Program-made: the position numbers and the translations under genes
The notes under the pieces: model-generated
The model's database searches: none
Told to the model about the DNA's origin: nothing
Seen by the model: only the letters and a program-made list of their open reading frames with translations
Shown: positions 29,693 to 39,615 of the stretch, piece by piece
Numbering within the stretch: position 1 is the stretch's first letter
How the letters are laid out: every line of letters starts with the position of its first letter
Assembly (NCBI GenBank): GCA_963706955.1
Contig: CAVPOC010000006.1
Location: forward strand, 96,001-160,000
DNA from: an uncultured Verrucomicrobiae bacterium
GTDB taxonomy: Bacteria > Verrucomicrobiota > Verrucomicrobiia > Chthoniobacterales > Terrimicrobiaceae
Direction: 5' to 3'
Length of the DNA stretch: 64,000 nt

Positions 29693-29766
29693 ATGAAGTC
29701 CACCCACGGACTCCCTGTGGTCGCATTGGAGCTCTTGGGATCATGTATGGCGACATTGGCGCCTAA
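29693..29766 (+). pseudogene. kup: Remnant of a KUP/HAK potassium transporter N-terminus
   Basis: IGALGIMYGDIG then A-stop, resembling the KUP signature LGALGVVYGDIGTSPLY; an upstream ATG lies in another frame. Confidence 0.6.
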
Positions 29767-30054
29767 GTTCGAGCCATCACGCGCGAAGGCCCGCAGAATT
29801 TTTCAAGCCACCTAATAACTGCACCATTGGAGGCAGGGCAGGTCGAAATCAATTAGAAAATAGAATCCTGCTTGAAGATTATCTAAGAGGGCTCCTAGAG
29901 CTAGTTTGTCCACGGCTGATGTGGATGCGCTGAGGCCAAAGCTTGTGCGAGTGGAGCGAAGATGTGGTCGGGTTCGCCAAGATTACTAGCGGGACAAGCC
30001 GGTCAGAATTAGCTATGGAAAACAGACCATGGGCAGTTCAATCCAAAGCCAGAG

Positions 30055-31728
30055 ATGAGCTGGCTGGAGACGATAGAAAAGACCAACGTGGTCGCGCACG
30101 CAGTTTTGGTGCTGTGTGTAGTCTCGATTGCCGGGTTCGCCATCGCTGCGATCAAGATTCGCGGGATTGGGCTGGGTAGCGCCGGTGTGCTTTTTGCAGG
30201 GCTGCTCTTCGGTCATTTTGGATGGCACATCCAACATGAGGTGCTCGACTTTGCGCGTGAATTTGGGCTGATCCTTTTCGTCTTTACAATCGGCTTGCAG
30301 ATCGGCCCCGGTTTCTTCGCATCCTTGCAGCGGCAGGGCTTGGCTTTGAATATTTGCGCCGCGGCAATCGTCATCGGAGGAGCTGGCCTGGCGGCTCTTA
30401 CGGTGCCGCTTCTCGGCAACAGTTCCTTCGAGGCGGCTGGTTTGTTTTCGGGAGCCACCACCAACACTCCTTCCCTTGGGGCTGCGCAGGAGGCGATCTC
30501 GGCCGTACCCTCCGCGACGAGCGAGGATAGAGCGCTGCCGGCATTGGCGTACGCGGTCGCTTACCCGGGCGGGGTCTTCGGAATTATCGCCAGCGTGATT
30601 TTGTTGGGAAAGATCTTCCGAGTGAAGGAAGACGCCGAGTTGGAGGCATTCGAGACCGAGAGACGCAGTCAGATTGTCCCGCTGCACCGGCGAGCGCTCG
30701 AGATTACCAACACAAATCTCGATGGCATCCGGGTCGGAAAAATTCCCGGCGTCCACGGTGAGGGGATTGCCGTCTCCAGACTGAAATCGTCGAGCGAAGA
30801 TGAAATCCGGCTTGCCACCGACGAGGCTGTCGTGCGCGTCGGGGACATCTTGCTTGCTGTCGGCACGGAGGAAGCACTGGACAGCTTTCAACAGATCGTT
30901 GGGACGATCTCCAATGTCGATCTGATGCAAACTCCGGCGCGCATGGAATTTCGGCATCTTCTGGTGACGCGCAAGGAAGTGCTCGGAAAATCGCTGCGTC
31001 AACTGGCCTTGAGCACGCTCTGTGGGGTCGTGGTGACGCGCGTGCTACGAGGCGGCGTGGAGATCACCGCTCGTGCGGACTTCCGCGTCGAGTTTGGGGA
31101 TACTCTGCATGTGGTCGGCGATGCCGAAGGACTGGATGAGGCCGCAGCCCTCGTCGGCAACTCGAGAAAAGAGCTGACCCAAACCCACTTTCTGCCCGTG
31201 TTTGCCGGCATCGGCCTCGGTGTCGTTGCGGGCCTCATTCCGATTGCCATGCCGGGCCTGCCTGTGCCGGTGCGGCTTGGGCTCGCCGGAGGTCCCTTGG
31301 TGGCGGCGATCTTGCTAAGCTGGTTGGGCCGGATCGGTCGGGTTGTCTGGTACATGTCCTCGGGCGCGAATCTCGCTTTAAGAGAACTTGGCATTGTGCT
31401 CTTTCTCGCCTGCGTCGGGCTGAAGGCGGGATCGCGCTTCATGGAGACACTGCTAAGCCAGGACGGTCCCCTCTGGCTCCTGGCGGGCTTATCCATCACC
31501 GTCGTTCCACTGCTGGTTGTGGGTATCGTGGCGCGGGTTCTGCTCAAGATGAACTTTGTCGTTCTCAGCGGTCTGATCGCCGGAAGCATGACCGATCCTC
31601 CTGCGCTCGCGTTCGCCAACACCCTTATGAAGAGCGATGCGCCTTCGGTTTCCTATGCGGCGGTATATCCGCTGACCATGCTCCTGCGCATTCTTTGCGC
31701 GCAATTTCTCGTCCTGCTCTTTGTCTAG
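30055..31728 (+). CDS. AspT/YidE/YbjL family transporter with two TrkA-C (RCK_C) domains
   Basis: GVLFAGL, EFGLILFVFTIGLQIGPGFF, GATTNTPSLGA, AGGPL, GSMTDPPAL, YAAVYPL. Confidence 0.92.
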   Translation: MSWLETIEKTNVVAHAVLVLCVVSIAGFAIAAIKIRGIGLGSAGVLFAGLLFGHFGWHIQHEVLDFAREFGLILFVFTIGLQIGPGFFASLQRQGLALNICAAAIVIGGAGLAALTVPLLGNSSFEAAGLFSGATTNTPSLGAAQEAISAVPSATSEDRALPALAYAVAYPGGVFGIIASVILLGKIFRVKEDAELEAFETERRSQIVPLHRRALEITNTNLDGIRVGKIPGVHGEGIAVSRLKSSSEDEIRLATDEAVVRVGDILLAVGTEEALDSFQQIVGTISNVDLMQTPARMEFRHLLVTRKEVLGKSLRQLALSTLCGVVVTRVLRGGVEITARADFRVEFGDTLHVVGDAEGLDEAAALVGNSRKELTQTHFLPVFAGIGLGVVAGLIPIAMPGLPVPVRLGLAGGPLVAAILLSWLGRIGRVVWYMSSGANLALRELGIVLFLACVGLKAGSRFMETLLSQDGPLWLLAGLSITVVPLLVVGIVARVLLKMNFVVLSGLIAGSMTDPPALAFANTLMKSDAPSVSYAAVYPLTMLLRILCAQFLVLLFV

Positions 31729-31754
31729 CTCGGGGCAAAAAGAATCCAACCTGG

Positions 31755-31982
31755 GCCTGGGGCAAACACCCCAGGAAATGGCGTCCACATGTGAGTAGCG
31801 CTGAAAGCGTGATTCAGGCATGAGGAACATCACCGGGCCGCGTTTCCGGAAGAGAAGTATCGCCGCAAGGCAGCCTCGAGAAAGCGAAGATACATTTGAA
31901 TCGCACTTTCAGCGCTAGGTGCGAGAGATGTGGATTTCTCTGGCGGTGCTCGAGGCTAATATGATTCGCGCCCTTGGCGCTG
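31755..31982. repeat. Composite inverted-repeat element (REPIN/MITE-like), copy 2
   Basis: GCCTGGGGCAAACACCCCAGG, AGCGCTGAAAGCGTGATTCA (31797), TGAATCGCACTTTCAGCGCT (31897), GCTAATATGATTCGCGCCCTTGGCGCTG; same motifs as 16010-16385. Confidence 0.75.
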
Positions 31983-32472
31983 GAGGGCTGCGGGGCCGGA
32001 GAGAGTCTTCGTGTCGGTCAAGCGGTGGGTCAGAGTGCTTTCGATGTTAACTTGATTTGGCGCGCCCACGCGCGGTGGCGCGGTCGTCCCGGGAGACGAG
32101 CATTTCCACATATGAGTGGCGCTGAAAGTCAATGCAAAGGGCAAACTTTCTCTGCTTCCATCGGGAGGCGCGCCACGCGTAGGCGCTGGCACCGTCGCCG
32201 CTAAATCCTGAATGCGTCTTAGCAGGGCTGCAACGGGGTTTTTCGCAAAAGCGGCGAGCAATGGTTGCAGATCCTTTCCGGGCGGGCGATGAGTCTTGCC
32301 CATGATCGGCGCATCCATTAGTTAGGCCGAGCTGCTGATGACTGCCCGTTTTCTTTTTCCAAATCCGCGCCACGCGAATGTCTCAGTGTCCGCTCGCGCC
32401 CGAACCAGGGCAAGCGGCCAACATTCGCGAGAGACGGGCTGTGCCGGAGCGTAAACCGTATCGCACGATCCT

Positions 32473-33408
32473 ATGGAATGGTATTGGTGGGTAATTTTTT
32501 TGCTGATCGTCGCCGTCCTCCTGGCGATGGATCTGGGACTCTTCCAGCGGAAAGCGCACGAGGTAAAGCTTTCCGAGGCGGTCCAATCCACTTCCCTACG
32601 TGTTGCCCTGGGGTTGCTTTTCTGCCTCGGAATTTACCTCGGATGGATTGGCGGTTACGACACCCGGGACGCGGCTTCACAAGCTGGCTTGGAATTTCTC
32701 ACCGGCTATCTGGTTGAGATAGCGCTGAGCATCGACAACGTTTTCGTCTTCGCCCTGGTTTTTCAGTATTTCCGTGTTCCCCCGATGTATCAACATCGCG
32801 TTCTTTTTTGGGGCATTCTAGGAGCGTTGATTATGCGTGCGATCTTGATCTTCGCCGGAATCGCACTGATCGAGAGGTTCCACTGGGTGATCTACATATT
32901 CGCCATCGTCTTGATCTATGGCGGCATCAAGATGATTCGCCATGACATCGAGCAAACCGATCCCACCAAAAATCCCGTCCTGAAGCTGTTTCAACGGCTT
33001 GTTCCGATTACACCGAAACTCCACGGCCACCATTTTTTTGTGAAGGAAGATGGCCGCTGGATGGCAACTCCGCTGTGCGTCGTGCTGGTGGCGATCGAAA
33101 CGACGGATCTAATTTTTGCGGTGGACTCGATTCCCGCGGTGCTAGCGGTGACCCGCGATCCCTTCGTAGTCTTTACATCCAATGTTTTCGCGATCCTTGG
33201 CCTGCGCGCGATGTACTTTGCCCTCGCTGGAATCCTGAAGCTTTTCAAATTTCTCCACTACGGCCTCTCGGCCATCTTGGTTTTCATCGGAGTTAAGATG
33301 CTTCTCTCAGACACACCGTATTCCATCGGAACTGTCCAGTCGTTGGTCGTCGTCTTTGCACTCCTAGTCGTATCGGTCTCGGCCTCGCTCATTGTTCGCA
33401 AAGAGTAG
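32473..33408 (+). CDS. TerC/Alx family membrane protein
   Basis: GYLVEIALSIDNVFVF, QHRVLFWGILGA, ETTDLIFAVDSIPA, SNVFAILGLRAMYF. Confidence 0.94.
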   Translation: MEWYWWVIFLLIVAVLLAMDLGLFQRKAHEVKLSEAVQSTSLRVALGLLFCLGIYLGWIGGYDTRDAASQAGLEFLTGYLVEIALSIDNVFVFALVFQYFRVPPMYQHRVLFWGILGALIMRAILIFAGIALIERFHWVIYIFAIVLIYGGIKMIRHDIEQTDPTKNPVLKLFQRLVPITPKLHGHHFFVKEDGRWMATPLCVVLVAIETTDLIFAVDSIPAVLAVTRDPFVVFTSNVFAILGLRAMYFALAGILKLFKFLHYGLSAILVFIGVKMLLSDTPYSIGTVQSLVVVFALLVVSVSASLIVRKE

Positions 33409-33472
33409 TCGAAGTGGCGCAAGAGATGGGCAGGCTTGACCGCTGGGGGTCAGACCGCGAGGATGCGCCACC

Positions 33473-34240
33473 TTGAGCGTCCCGTCTCTCGTTCAACTTC
33501 GTTGGGATCTGGCTTTTCTGGCCGACAACCAAACCGTGCGCTCGAAACGTTTTGGTATCCCACGGGAGGCCAAGTCTGTGCGCTATCCGATTCGCTTACT
33601 TCGCTATTGGTTCGGGTATCATTTGCTCCGTGAGGAAGCGGAACGAAGATCCAGAGCGCTCGACGTCGCTGAGATTGGCGTCCATAGCGGACAGATGCTG
33701 GAATTTGTCCGATCTGCGCCTGCCGAAGTGCCCTTGCGGAAGTGGACGGCAGTTGATGCAGTGATGCTGTGGGAAAAGCTGCGCAAGGCGGGCTACGACG
33801 ACTTTTTTGAGGCGAATCTCGAAAATCCCTCCTTTGCGCTGCCCGCCGATTACGACGTCGGGGTGCTCTTGCATATCTTGGAACATTTGTTCGAGCCGGA
33901 GGCCGCGCTGCAAAAGGTAGCTCGGCAAATTCGACCGGGAGGTGCAGTGATCGGCGGCTTTCCGGTTGTCCCCGCGGCCTTTGCAAGGTTGCGAGAGCGC
34001 AAAGTCAGAAGAACGGCGGCTCCGATGGGGCACGTCAGCGTTTTCTCGCCGGCTCGCGTCCGGCGAATGGCGAAAGAAAATGGACTGCAGCTTGAGTTCC
34101 TTAGCGGCGCATTTTTTATCAGAAGCAAGGGGAGCCCGCTGGAGAACTTTGCACTGTGGGCACGCTTCAATCTTCTCTGGGGAGCGATTTTTCCAGGATG
34201 GCCGGGTGAGATCTACTGGCTGATGCGAAAGCCGACGTAG
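33473..34240 (+). CDS. Class I SAM-dependent methyltransferase-like protein
   Basis: VAEIGVHSG motif-I variant, YDVGVLLHILEHL, RPGG. Confidence 0.7.
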   Translation: MSVPSLVQLRWDLAFLADNQTVRSKRFGIPREAKSVRYPIRLLRYWFGYHLLREEAERRSRALDVAEIGVHSGQMLEFVRSAPAEVPLRKWTAVDAVMLWEKLRKAGYDDFFEANLENPSFALPADYDVGVLLHILEHLFEPEAALQKVARQIRPGGAVIGGFPVVPAAFARLRERKVRRTAAPMGHVSVFSPARVRRMAKENGLQLEFLSGAFFIRSKGSPLENFALWARFNLLWGAIFPGWPGEIYWLMRKPT

Positions 34241-34274
34241 GACAGATCACGCCGTGACACCATAGCGGGCTTGC

Positions 34275-35636
34275 TTAAAGGGAAATACCTTTGCCTGGCT
34301 CGGGAATGATAACTTCCGTTTCGGGCAGTTCGCGATAAAGCTTGAGTTGAAACCATTCAATGGCGACTCGATCGCCATGCACGAGGATGATTTTCTTTGG
34401 GCGGAGAGCAATCGCGTAGTTGAGCAGACTCTCCCTGCTGGCGTGAGAGCTAAAATTGAATTCTTCGATGCGGCAGCGCAGCTTAACGGGGGGCAACTTG
34501 GTATCAAGAACGACCTCCTCACCAGATTGCGCTGCGCGAATGCGCCCCGCCGGCGATTCGGGGTCCGAATACCCGACGAAGAAGAGGCTTTGGTTCTCAT
34601 CGCTGAGCACACGTCGTGCAAAGATATTGGAAAGTGTGTTTTCCGTCATCATCCCGCTGGAGAGCGCGAAAATGCATTTTCGCCGCGGTGAGATGGTATG
34701 GACCTCGTTTCCCGAGAGAACGTATGGTGCCAGTTCCTGCAGGAGTTGCATTTCGGGGTGGGCGCGCTGCGGGTCACGGGCCATGGCATCATAGAGGCCG
34801 CTGAGCTTGGTGCTGAGACCGCCGATATATATCGGGACCGGTGCGAGTAAACCGCGCAACCGCATTCGCCAAAAGATGGCCAGCAGCTCCTGAGTCTTCC
34901 CCAGGGCAAAGAGGGGAATAGTCACGCTGCCGCCGCGACCGAAGGCTTCGCGGATCGCTCGAAGCAGCCGGTCTTCCTCGCTGGCGCGCGAGTACCCTAC
35001 GGGAGTTTCCGAATCGCCGCGGGTCGTCTCCATGACGAGCACATCGACACTTCCTTCGGGAAAGATGGCCCCACGAATAAGCGTCTGATTCTCGAAGTTC
35101 ACATCTCCCGTGTAAAAAATGGTCTTGCCTTCGGCCCGGATAATCACGCCCGCAGCTCCCAGGATGTGGCCCGAGTGAAAGAATTCGCAGCTCACCTCAT
35201 TGTGACGCTCTCCCCCAAGATCGTAGCGACGACCGGTGGCGCAGGGTTGCCAGGTCTGCCGGGAAAATTCCACGCCACGGTGAGTGAACAGCGGGTAGTT
35301 CGGAATGTCGCGCTCCTCCTTTTGTCTAAGCATCACATTGACGGAGTTGTGCAGCATGACGTCGGCGATGCGGGTGGTTGGTTCCGTCATGAGCACCTTG
35401 GCGTGGGTTTCACGTCGGGTCAGATAGGGGAGTGTGCCGACATGATCCTGATGGGCGTGGGTAACAATGATCCAGTCGACTTTCTGGTCGGGAATTAACT
35501 GGAAATTCGGTGTCGCGGTCAGCCCCTCCTTCTTCGGGTGCATGCCGCTATCCAGAATGATCGACTTCCCTTTCGTTCGCAGAAGGTAGCAATTCGCCCC
35601 GATCTCAACGTCCCTCGTCAGATTCCAAAACTCCAT
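34275..35636 (-). CDS. Metallo-beta-lactamase/beta-CASP RNase family protein
   Basis: EIGANC, LDSGM, THAHQDH, GHILG, YTGD, METT, SSHA, VHGD. Confidence 0.9.
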   Translation of the reverse strand: MEFWNLTRDVEIGANCYLLRTKGKSIILDSGMHPKKEGLTATPNFQLIPDQKVDWIIVTHAHQDHVGTLPYLTRRETHAKVLMTEPTTRIADVMLHNSVNVMLRQKEERDIPNYPLFTHRGVEFSRQTWQPCATGRRYDLGGERHNEVSCEFFHSGHILGAAGVIIRAEGKTIFYTGDVNFENQTLIRGAIFPEGSVDVLVMETTRGDSETPVGYSRASEEDRLLRAIREAFGRGGSVTIPLFALGKTQELLAIFWRMRLRGLLAPVPIYIGGLSTKLSGLYDAMARDPQRAHPEMQLLQELAPYVLSGNEVHTISPRRKCIFALSSGMMTENTLSNIFARRVLSDENQSLFFVGYSDPESPAGRIRAAQSGEEVVLDTKLPPVKLRCRIEEFNFSSHASRESLLNYAIALRPKKIILVHGDRVAIEWFQLKLYRELPETEVIIPEPGKGISL

Positions 35637-35818
35637 CTACTTCACGCTATAATGCGGAGAAAATAAACTCAGGGAATGGAAAATTCATCTTTTCCGCACT
35701 TTCGCGCGGGAGAGGGTCACGAGGCGGACGGGTTCCCGGCGGTTAGGACCGTCCGCGTGGCCCGTTTTAGCGGCCTTGATTGGGGTGCCCACCGCGGCTA
35801 TCTTGGCGGTCTTTTCTC

Positions 35819-37399
35819 ATGAGCACAAAGCCAGTCACTCTCTACGACACGACTCTGCGTGACGGGACGCAGGGCACCGGAATTTCGTTCTCGGTGCTCG
35901 ACAAGATTCGTGTTGCCGAGAAGCTAGATGCCTTCGGAATCGACTATATCGAAGGCGGCTGGCCTGGCTCGAATCCAAAGGATGCCGCCTTTTTCGAGCA
36001 GGCCGCGGAGCGCGAGTGGGCGCATGCAAAGATCGCCGCCTTCGGAATGACGCGTCGCGGTCGCATGAAGGTGGAAGAGGATTCTCAGGTTGAGATGCTG
36101 CTGGCCGCCAGGACGCCCGTGGTTACGATTGTTGGAAAGACCTGGCCCCTGCATGTCGCCGAGGTATTTGGCGTCAGCCTCGAGGAAAATTTAGCCATGA
36201 TTGGCGATACCGTCCGGTTCCTCAAAGAGCACGGAAAAGAAGTCTTTTACGACGCCGAACATTTCTTCGACAGCTTTCGCGAGAATCCCGAGTATTCGTT
36301 GGCAACCATCCAGGCGGCCCATGAGGCCGGTGCCGATTTGATCGTGCTTTGCGATACCAATGGCGGGTCTCTGCCCGATTTTTTGGGAGAAGCAACCGGA
36401 AGAGCAGTGTCGCATTTGAATTCGCCGGTGGGGATCCACACCCACAACGATGGGGGATTAGGTGTGGCCAATGCGCTCGTCGCGATCAAAGCAGGAGCGG
36501 TCCAGGTTCAAGGCACCATGAATGGATATGGCGAGCGCGTCGGCAATTGCAATCTGACTACTTTGATTCCGACTCTACAGCTGAAACTAGGGATGAACGT
36601 GATCCCCGACATGAGCATGCTGCGCGAGGTCGCCGTGTTTGTTGACGAGTTGGCCAATGTGCCTCACGACATTCGCGCACCTTATGTGGGCGTGGCCGCG
36701 TTTACCCACAAGGGCGGACTGCACGTTCATGCGGTTCAAAAACTGGCGCGCACCTACGAACATGTTGATCCCACCCTGGTCGGCAATAGACAGACGATCG
36801 TTGTCTCGGATATGTCCGGCCAAACCAACATTCTCATGAAGGCGCGTGATTTCGGTCTCGAGCTCGACAAAGGCTCACCGGAGGTCGGACGGATCCTGCA
36901 GCAGATCAAGGATGCCGAGGCGCAAGGTTACGAATATGAGGCCGCGGAGGGATCCTTCGAGCTCCTCGTGCGCAAGGCACTCGGCAGGTACCAACCGCTC
37001 TTCGAGCTGAAGGAATATCACTGCCACTACCGTTACACGGGGCGGGGCGGTTCGGACCCCTGCGAAGCCACCGTCAAATTGCTGGTCGGCGGCGTTCACG
37101 AATACACCGTCGCCGAGGGAGATGGACCCGTAAATGCCCTCGACGCGGCTTTGAGGAAGGCACTGAAACCCTTCTACGACTGGACCGATGAGGTTCGGCT
37201 GGTTGACTACAAGGTGCGAATCGTTGACAGCGCGCGAGGAACGGCCGCCCGCACACGGGTTTTGATTGTCTCGACCGATGGACGCGATACCTGGGGCACA
37301 GTGGGAGTGTCGGACAACATCATCGAAGCGAGTTGGCGCGCGCTCGTCGACAGTTTCGAACTCCACGCATTAAGAGATCTGGAGAAGGCTGGCTCCTAA
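35819..37399 (+). CDS. cimA: Citramalate synthase (LeuA/CimA family)
   Basis: YDTTLRDGTQG, IEGGWPGSNPKD, DAEHFFD, HTHND, GERVGN, HKGGLH, GDGPVNALD, WGTVGVS.NIIEASW. Confidence 0.92.
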   Translation: MSTKPVTLYDTTLRDGTQGTGISFSVLDKIRVAEKLDAFGIDYIEGGWPGSNPKDAAFFEQAAEREWAHAKIAAFGMTRRGRMKVEEDSQVEMLLAARTPVVTIVGKTWPLHVAEVFGVSLEENLAMIGDTVRFLKEHGKEVFYDAEHFFDSFRENPEYSLATIQAAHEAGADLIVLCDTNGGSLPDFLGEATGRAVSHLNSPVGIHTHNDGGLGVANALVAIKAGAVQVQGTMNGYGERVGNCNLTTLIPTLQLKLGMNVIPDMSMLREVAVFVDELANVPHDIRAPYVGVAAFTHKGGLHVHAVQKLARTYEHVDPTLVGNRQTIVVSDMSGQTNILMKARDFGLELDKGSPEVGRILQQIKDAEAQGYEYEAAEGSFELLVRKALGRYQPLFELKEYHCHYRYTGRGGSDPCEATVKLLVGGVHEYTVAEGDGPVNALDAALRKALKPFYDWTDEVRLVDYKVRIVDSARGTAARTRVLIVSTDGRDTWGTVGVSDNIIEASWRALVDSFELHALRDLEKAGS

Positions 37400-37498
37400 G
37401 TTGTCGCGGAAGTGGACTCGAGAGAGCCGTGCGGCCATTGCTGCTGCTGCGCCTTGGTGCCTTCCGATCGCTGACGCGAAGCAGCACATTGAGAAAAT

Positions 37499-37564
37499 TT
37501 GTAGAGGCGCTTGTGCCAAGCGCCAGTAGATTTCGCTGGGCGCTTGACACAAGTGCCCCTACAA
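37499..37564. repeat. REP-like inverted doublet (GTAG type)
   Basis: TTGTAGAGGCGCTTGTGCCAAGCGCC...GGCGCTTGACACAAGTGCCCCTACAA. Confidence 0.75.
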
Positions 37565-37639
37565 CGATTTCGGGTTACCAGTTTGTTGTCCTGCTATACC
37601 TCGTGGGACGATCGACAGGAGAACAGGAGGAAGCAAATT

Positions 37640-37930
37640 ATGTATGCAAGCGTCCGACGATACGATGGTGTGACCGATGTCCGTGAGGCAATTCGGCGCG
37701 TGAATGAAGGCTTTATTCAGATCGTTAGCGAGATTCCCGGCTTTGCCGCTTACTACTGGATCGATGCTGGAGACGGCGTAATGATCTCAGTGAGCGTGTT
37801 TCAGGATCGAGCAAGCGCTGATCAGTCCAACGCCAGGGCTGCGGACTACGTGCGAGAGAATCTCACCGCGGTCCTCCCAAATCGACCCCAGATCACAGCC
37901 GGAGAAGTTGTCGCGCATACGGCGAGATAG
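37640..37930 (+). CDS. Small ABM-like (dimeric alpha+beta barrel) protein, 96 aa
   Basis: AGGAGG RBS; MYASVRRY...IPGFAAYYWI...SVSVF...GEVVA pattern. Confidence 0.75.
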   Translation: MYASVRRYDGVTDVREAIRRVNEGFIQIVSEIPGFAAYYWIDAGDGVMISVSVFQDRASADQSNARAADYVRENLTAVLPNRPQITAGEVVAHTAR

Positions 37931-38076
37931 GTTTGTTTTTCAGGAAATTTCGTAGTGGCTGATCTCATCCGCGCGCTGCCGCGCCGGAGTTGGTGCCGGA
38001 TTGCCTTGCTGCTTTCGGCAGTTTCGGACTCGAGGTGGGCCTAAGGCGATGCCGATTTTTGGCGAGTGTTCATCGA

Positions 38077-39111
38077 GTGTTTGAGCAACTCTCTCGTTGT
38101 AGACTTGCCGGCTTCCTACTCCTGGCACTATTACTTTCCGGCTGCGTAAACCATCATCTCATCCACTCGCGTCGACCGCCTCCAGGTGCGGATCGCTGGA
38201 GCGAGTTGGTAACAAGCAGGACCCTGCGCATGCGTCTGGAATGGGTGCGGCCGGCGAAGCGCGGTCCACTGCCGGTGGTAATTGTCCACCCCGAGGCGGG
38301 ACACCGCGCTGTCGATATGCGCGGAATCCTCAACGACCTGGCGGGGGCAGGGTATCTCGCGGTTGGGGTCGATTATCAGCGCCGGAAAGGTTCTCGCTGG
38401 CGGCAGAGTCTGTTTCCGTGGCAAGATCCGGAGGACCCCAAACGGGTGATGGATCGGGTTCGCGCCTATCCGAATGTGGATCCCGAACGTATCGGCCTCC
38501 TCGGCTTCTCGCAGGGTGGCGTATTTAGCCTGCTCATCGCCGCCTACGAAGGAGGCGCGGCCGCGGTGGTTGCCTATTACCCGGTAACCGACTTCGAACG
38601 CTGGTTGGACGCGCCGGGCGCAGGGCTTGGGCGGCGACTTGTCTTTGGGTTGATCCGTATCGGATTTCGTCGAGCCAGTGGCGCGCGAAGCGACCAAGAG
38701 CTGCAAACTCTCCTGCGGCGGGCGTCACCGTTTTGGCAGGCCAAGTCAATTAGAGCTCCCGTCCTTCTCGTGCACGGCGACAGCGACGGCTCGGCCGATA
38801 TCGAGGAATCGCGTCAACTGGCGCGACGCTTGGCCGAGCTCAAGCGTCCTGTCGAGCTTCTTGTGATCCGCGGCGGCGGCCACGTCTTCAACTTTCGCGA
38901 CCCTACTCAAGCTGACCTCGCCTGGACTGCGACCCTTCGCTTCCTCGACCGCTATTTGCGGTCTGGGCGATCTTCCCTTTTGCGCAGTAGCAGATCATCG
39001 GGCACACCATGTCGCTCCCTGGCTGAAGTTCGACCTACAAATCGCTTCGGCGCAGGTGGTGGCGAGCCCGCGCGCGCATCTCCCGTAAAACAGACTCAGC
39101 TCGTGTGGTGA
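38077..39111 (+). CDS. Alpha/beta hydrolase lipoprotein (dienelactone hydrolase/S9-like)
   Basis: LLSGC lipobox, GFSQGG nucleophile elbow, LVHGDSD, GGHVF; start uncertain. Confidence 0.8.
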   Translation: MFEQLSRCRLAGFLLLALLLSGCVNHHLIHSRRPPPGADRWSELVTSRTLRMRLEWVRPAKRGPLPVVIVHPEAGHRAVDMRGILNDLAGAGYLAVGVDYQRRKGSRWRQSLFPWQDPEDPKRVMDRVRAYPNVDPERIGLLGFSQGGVFSLLIAAYEGGAAAVVAYYPVTDFERWLDAPGAGLGRRLVFGLIRIGFRRASGARSDQELQTLLRRASPFWQAKSIRAPVLLVHGDSDGSADIEESRQLARRLAELKRPVELLVIRGGGHVFNFRDPTQADLAWTATLRFLDRYLRSGRSSLLRSSRSSGTPCRSLAEVRPTNRFGAGGGEPARASPVKQTQLVW

Positions 39112-39584
39112 TCTTCTCCTCGGAGGGACAATTCGCGGCGCAAGCCCTCCTCGCCACGTGCCATGGCCCATCGATGGTTCCAACGGAAGAGCGGCTTAAA
39201 AAGAAAGGAAAGATATCTTAGCAACGGCTTCTCGGCCCGCAAACGCCAGTCAAAGGATATCTTCAAGTCGTTGGCGCGTTCCGTGAGTGTCCAGATGCCA
39301 CGTCCCACGAAATCACCGGTTGCTTCAATGGTGAAACCGTGGGGGCGGCGGGTTCGAACAATTCGCGCATTCCACCGGAGCCGGTAAGGTAGTTTGCCAC
39401 GCGTTACGAGTCGATAGCTTTGGCCAAGCCCGTCTTTTTCGGCAGAGTTCAATGGCGTTACGGCGAGGTAAACATCAGGCCACCAGCGAAGATAACCGGG
39501 CACATCCGTCAGAACTTCATAAGCGTTTTCGGGCGTGCCTTTGACCCGCCAGTGACTCAGAAACACGTAGTCGTTCGCTGGCAC
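39096..39584 (-). CDS. SRPBCC/polyketide cyclase family protein
   Basis: Y.F...WRV, RWWP, LPYRLRW, GDFVGRGIW, FRWNHRWAM..GE.GL. Confidence 0.82.
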   Translation of the reverse strand: MPANDYVFLSHWRVKGTPENAYEVLTDVPGYLRWWPDVYLAVTPLNSAEKDGLGQSYRLVTRGKLPYRLRWNARIVRTRRPHGFTIEATGDFVGRGIWTLTERANDLKISFDWRLRAEKPLLRYLSFLFKPLFRWNHRWAMARGEEGLRRELSLRGEDHHTS

Positions 39585-39615
39585 AGTGCGGGTCGAGGCT
39601 AAGGAAGGGTTGCGA

